Positions 61,670 through 64,000 of a stretch of DNA of 64,000 bases are shown here, in pieces. The notes under the pieces are model-generated. The model did not search any database, had not been told where the DNA came from, and was given only the letters and a program-made list of their open reading frames with translations. A program made the translations under genes and the position numbers. The stretch lies in the NCBI RefSeq assembly GCF_020745735.1, contig NC_083427.1, positions 3,007,438-3,071,437 of the forward strand. Reading direction: 5' to 3'. Source of the stretch: Hemiscyllium ocellatum (Eukaryota). Position 1 is the stretch's first letter. Every line of letters begins with the position of its first letter.

Positions 61670-64000
61670 CCTTTTTGTTAACAGGTAATCACTGTGATTA
61701 AGTACTTGTAAAAATACATTCCCAGAGCTGCTATACTGATCCCCACTGTGAGATCCATGGGGACACCGAGATTACAAGATCATTTGCGTTGTTTTTCTTC
61801 CTTGAATTTGGACAGATTATAACACCTATGTTAAATCATTCTTCCATGAAAACTCATTTAGTGCTGAGTTTAAATTCAAAATGCTGAAGAAACTGGCTTC
61901 TAAAAATCACTTCACCTTAAGTATTGCATTGCTCAAACGCCAAGCCATTTACGTTAATATATTGCATCGAATCAAGAAAGTATTTCAAATTAATGCAGTC
62001 TTTTAAGTAAATTTTCATGTATTTGAATAAGGAAACAATGGCAAATCACTCGGTTCCGCTAGGTTGCTGTGTAATTCAGTAACTTGTGGCTGGTCTGACA
62101 ACTCTATATTCCTGCCATTCACGATAATTCCTCATCTCCTTACCTCTGCGTTCAAAGTACTCGAAGACTGCAATCCGCCGCCTTTTAAAGCATAAACTGT
62201 TCCAAATGAAGAAGACAATATTGAAAGAAGAACCGGTAATAGACATAGATAGATCACGAGACAGGCCAAACCTTTGCAAAACGGAGTTTGAAGAGGGAAA
62301 CGTGAAATTATCTAATTTGTCAGGAAGAATAAAAGGAAGCATTACATTCCATGTGTTAAGTTTTTCAACTTCTCTGAAAAACAGAGAAATGTGTGAGTCC
62401 TAGCGCACGAATCAGAGCTTATGCCCGTAAATGAAATTTAGGAACGTTCATAAAATTTGAACATTCACTGCAAGGCCTGTCGTTTCCAAAACAAGAGAAA
62501 TTGTGGTTCAGTAATAAAGGCACGAGTGAGACAACACCTGGATACTATAAAACCGACCTTTCAGAGACACTTCAGAGAAGGTTTAATCAATGAATAAATG
62601 GAATAGATCAATTGCCTTATGAGGGCCGCTTGGACAGGCTCGACCTGAACTTTAGAAAGGTAAGAGGTGAATTGATCTGAAATACAACATCATAAATTGT
62701 TGCTATAGATTAGTTGAGAAAATTGTGCTTACATTTCTGGGAGGACATTGAATGCGGGGTCACTTTTAAAAATACAAATGAAGACGTTTATTTCAGCATT
62801 ATCTTCATCATTTGGAGCAGTTTATTCCTTAGAAGACAACGGTAACACATTGGAGTATTTTAAACACTGATGATATAGATTGATGCTTCAGAAACAAGGA
62901 GGGCGGGACACGGCTGACAGCTCAATGTTCCAGGGAATATGTTCTGATGGAAGGATGGAAGGGGACGCAAGAAATGAAGGATGGCATTTTTGATTAGGGA
63001 AATATAACAGTGATACTTAGAGAGGATATTTCTGTTGGCATGTCCAGTGAAACTATATGGATAGTGCTGAGAAATAAGAAGGGTTTGATCTCGTTGGTGG
63101 GATTGTATCACAAGAATCCCAATAGTCAGTGGGAAATTGTGGAGCACGCATAGCTGTAGGAATGAAAGATTGGAAGAGTTGGAGATTTTATCTTTCCAAA
63201 TGTAGACTGGGACTGATACGGCGTTAAGGGTGTGAACGGAAGAAATTTAGTAATGGTATTGAGAAAAATCTTCTTAATCATGTTATGGGCCAGACTAGAC
63301 CCCCTCAAAATATTTTAAGAAGATAGTCTAGATTCTCACATTTTCTTACGTCTAAAGGTAAATGCGAAGTGCTTGTTCCAGATTAGTGTGACTGGTCAAA
63401 CTACGTGACGTTAACCAAAACGCAATTTAGTTACAACACAATTAACGAAAAAGGAATTTAGAATAACTTAACTCCATTGAAAAAGCAGCAGAATAACAGA
63501 TGCAGTAACTTTTATTAATTAGTAGTCCCAGTACAGTAATATTCCATAAACTCATTGTAATTTTCTCTTCGTTGATGGCAGAGGAAACTCCACAATAGCC
63601 TTCATTTTCACATCCCGTGTGTGCCATGACAATCAATATGGCCCAGGGATGTGAGGCTTTTGCGAAACTGGCTCTGAGCCAGTTGATCACCAAACTTGCC
63701 TCCCGAACTCGATCAAATAACTCTGACAGATGCTACAACCGTTCGTTCCATGTCTGACTGAAGCTCGCCAAGTCATCAATGTACACCACTTAATTCAATA
63801 ATCCAGAAATGAAGTTATTGGCTAGTCTTTAAAAGGTGGTTGAATTAAAATCAATTGCTCCCAACGTGATCTTCTCTACATTGTGGAAATCAAATGTAAA
63901 CTTAGGGAACAATCAGAACAATCATCACAGTCAGAACCACGGGGCTGACAAGACCTCCCAGTCACCAGCCATTTCAAATCCCCTTCCACTCCCATTCCGA

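Overview
Repeat-rich genomic DNA from a cartilaginous fish (a shark, judged from the IgNAR exons and HE1-type SINEs; a carpet shark is plausible but unproven). The main feature is an IgNAR heavy-chain constant cluster on the + strand: C1 35102-35422, C2 36258-36560, C3 36653-36969, C4 39791-40110, C5 plus secretory tail 40621-41001, and TM1 46994-47151. All five domains keep their canonical Cys pair. The cluster still looks pseudogenised: TGA stops in C2 and C5, a frameshift at the start of C4, a phase-shifted C3 donor and a 2-nt loss at the C5/tail junction. I could not recognise any leader, V, D or J segment in the 35 kb upstream. A CRE/E-box/ETS/octamer motif cluster lies about 2.5 kb upstream of C1. 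Downstream are two GPCR pseudogenes: a 5'-truncated P2Y/EBI2-group-like fragment (+) and a two-exon GPR139-like gene (-). Near 7 kb there is a CpG-rich promoter-like segment with two tandem repeats, next to a 727-bp solo LTR with a 5-bp target-site duplication. The rest is mostly decayed CR1 LINEs, HE1-like SINEs, Penelope elements and a Gmr1-like Ty3/gypsy relic (gag-PR-IN order). All family assignments come from motif recognition by eye, with no database searches. Repeat boundaries are approximate.
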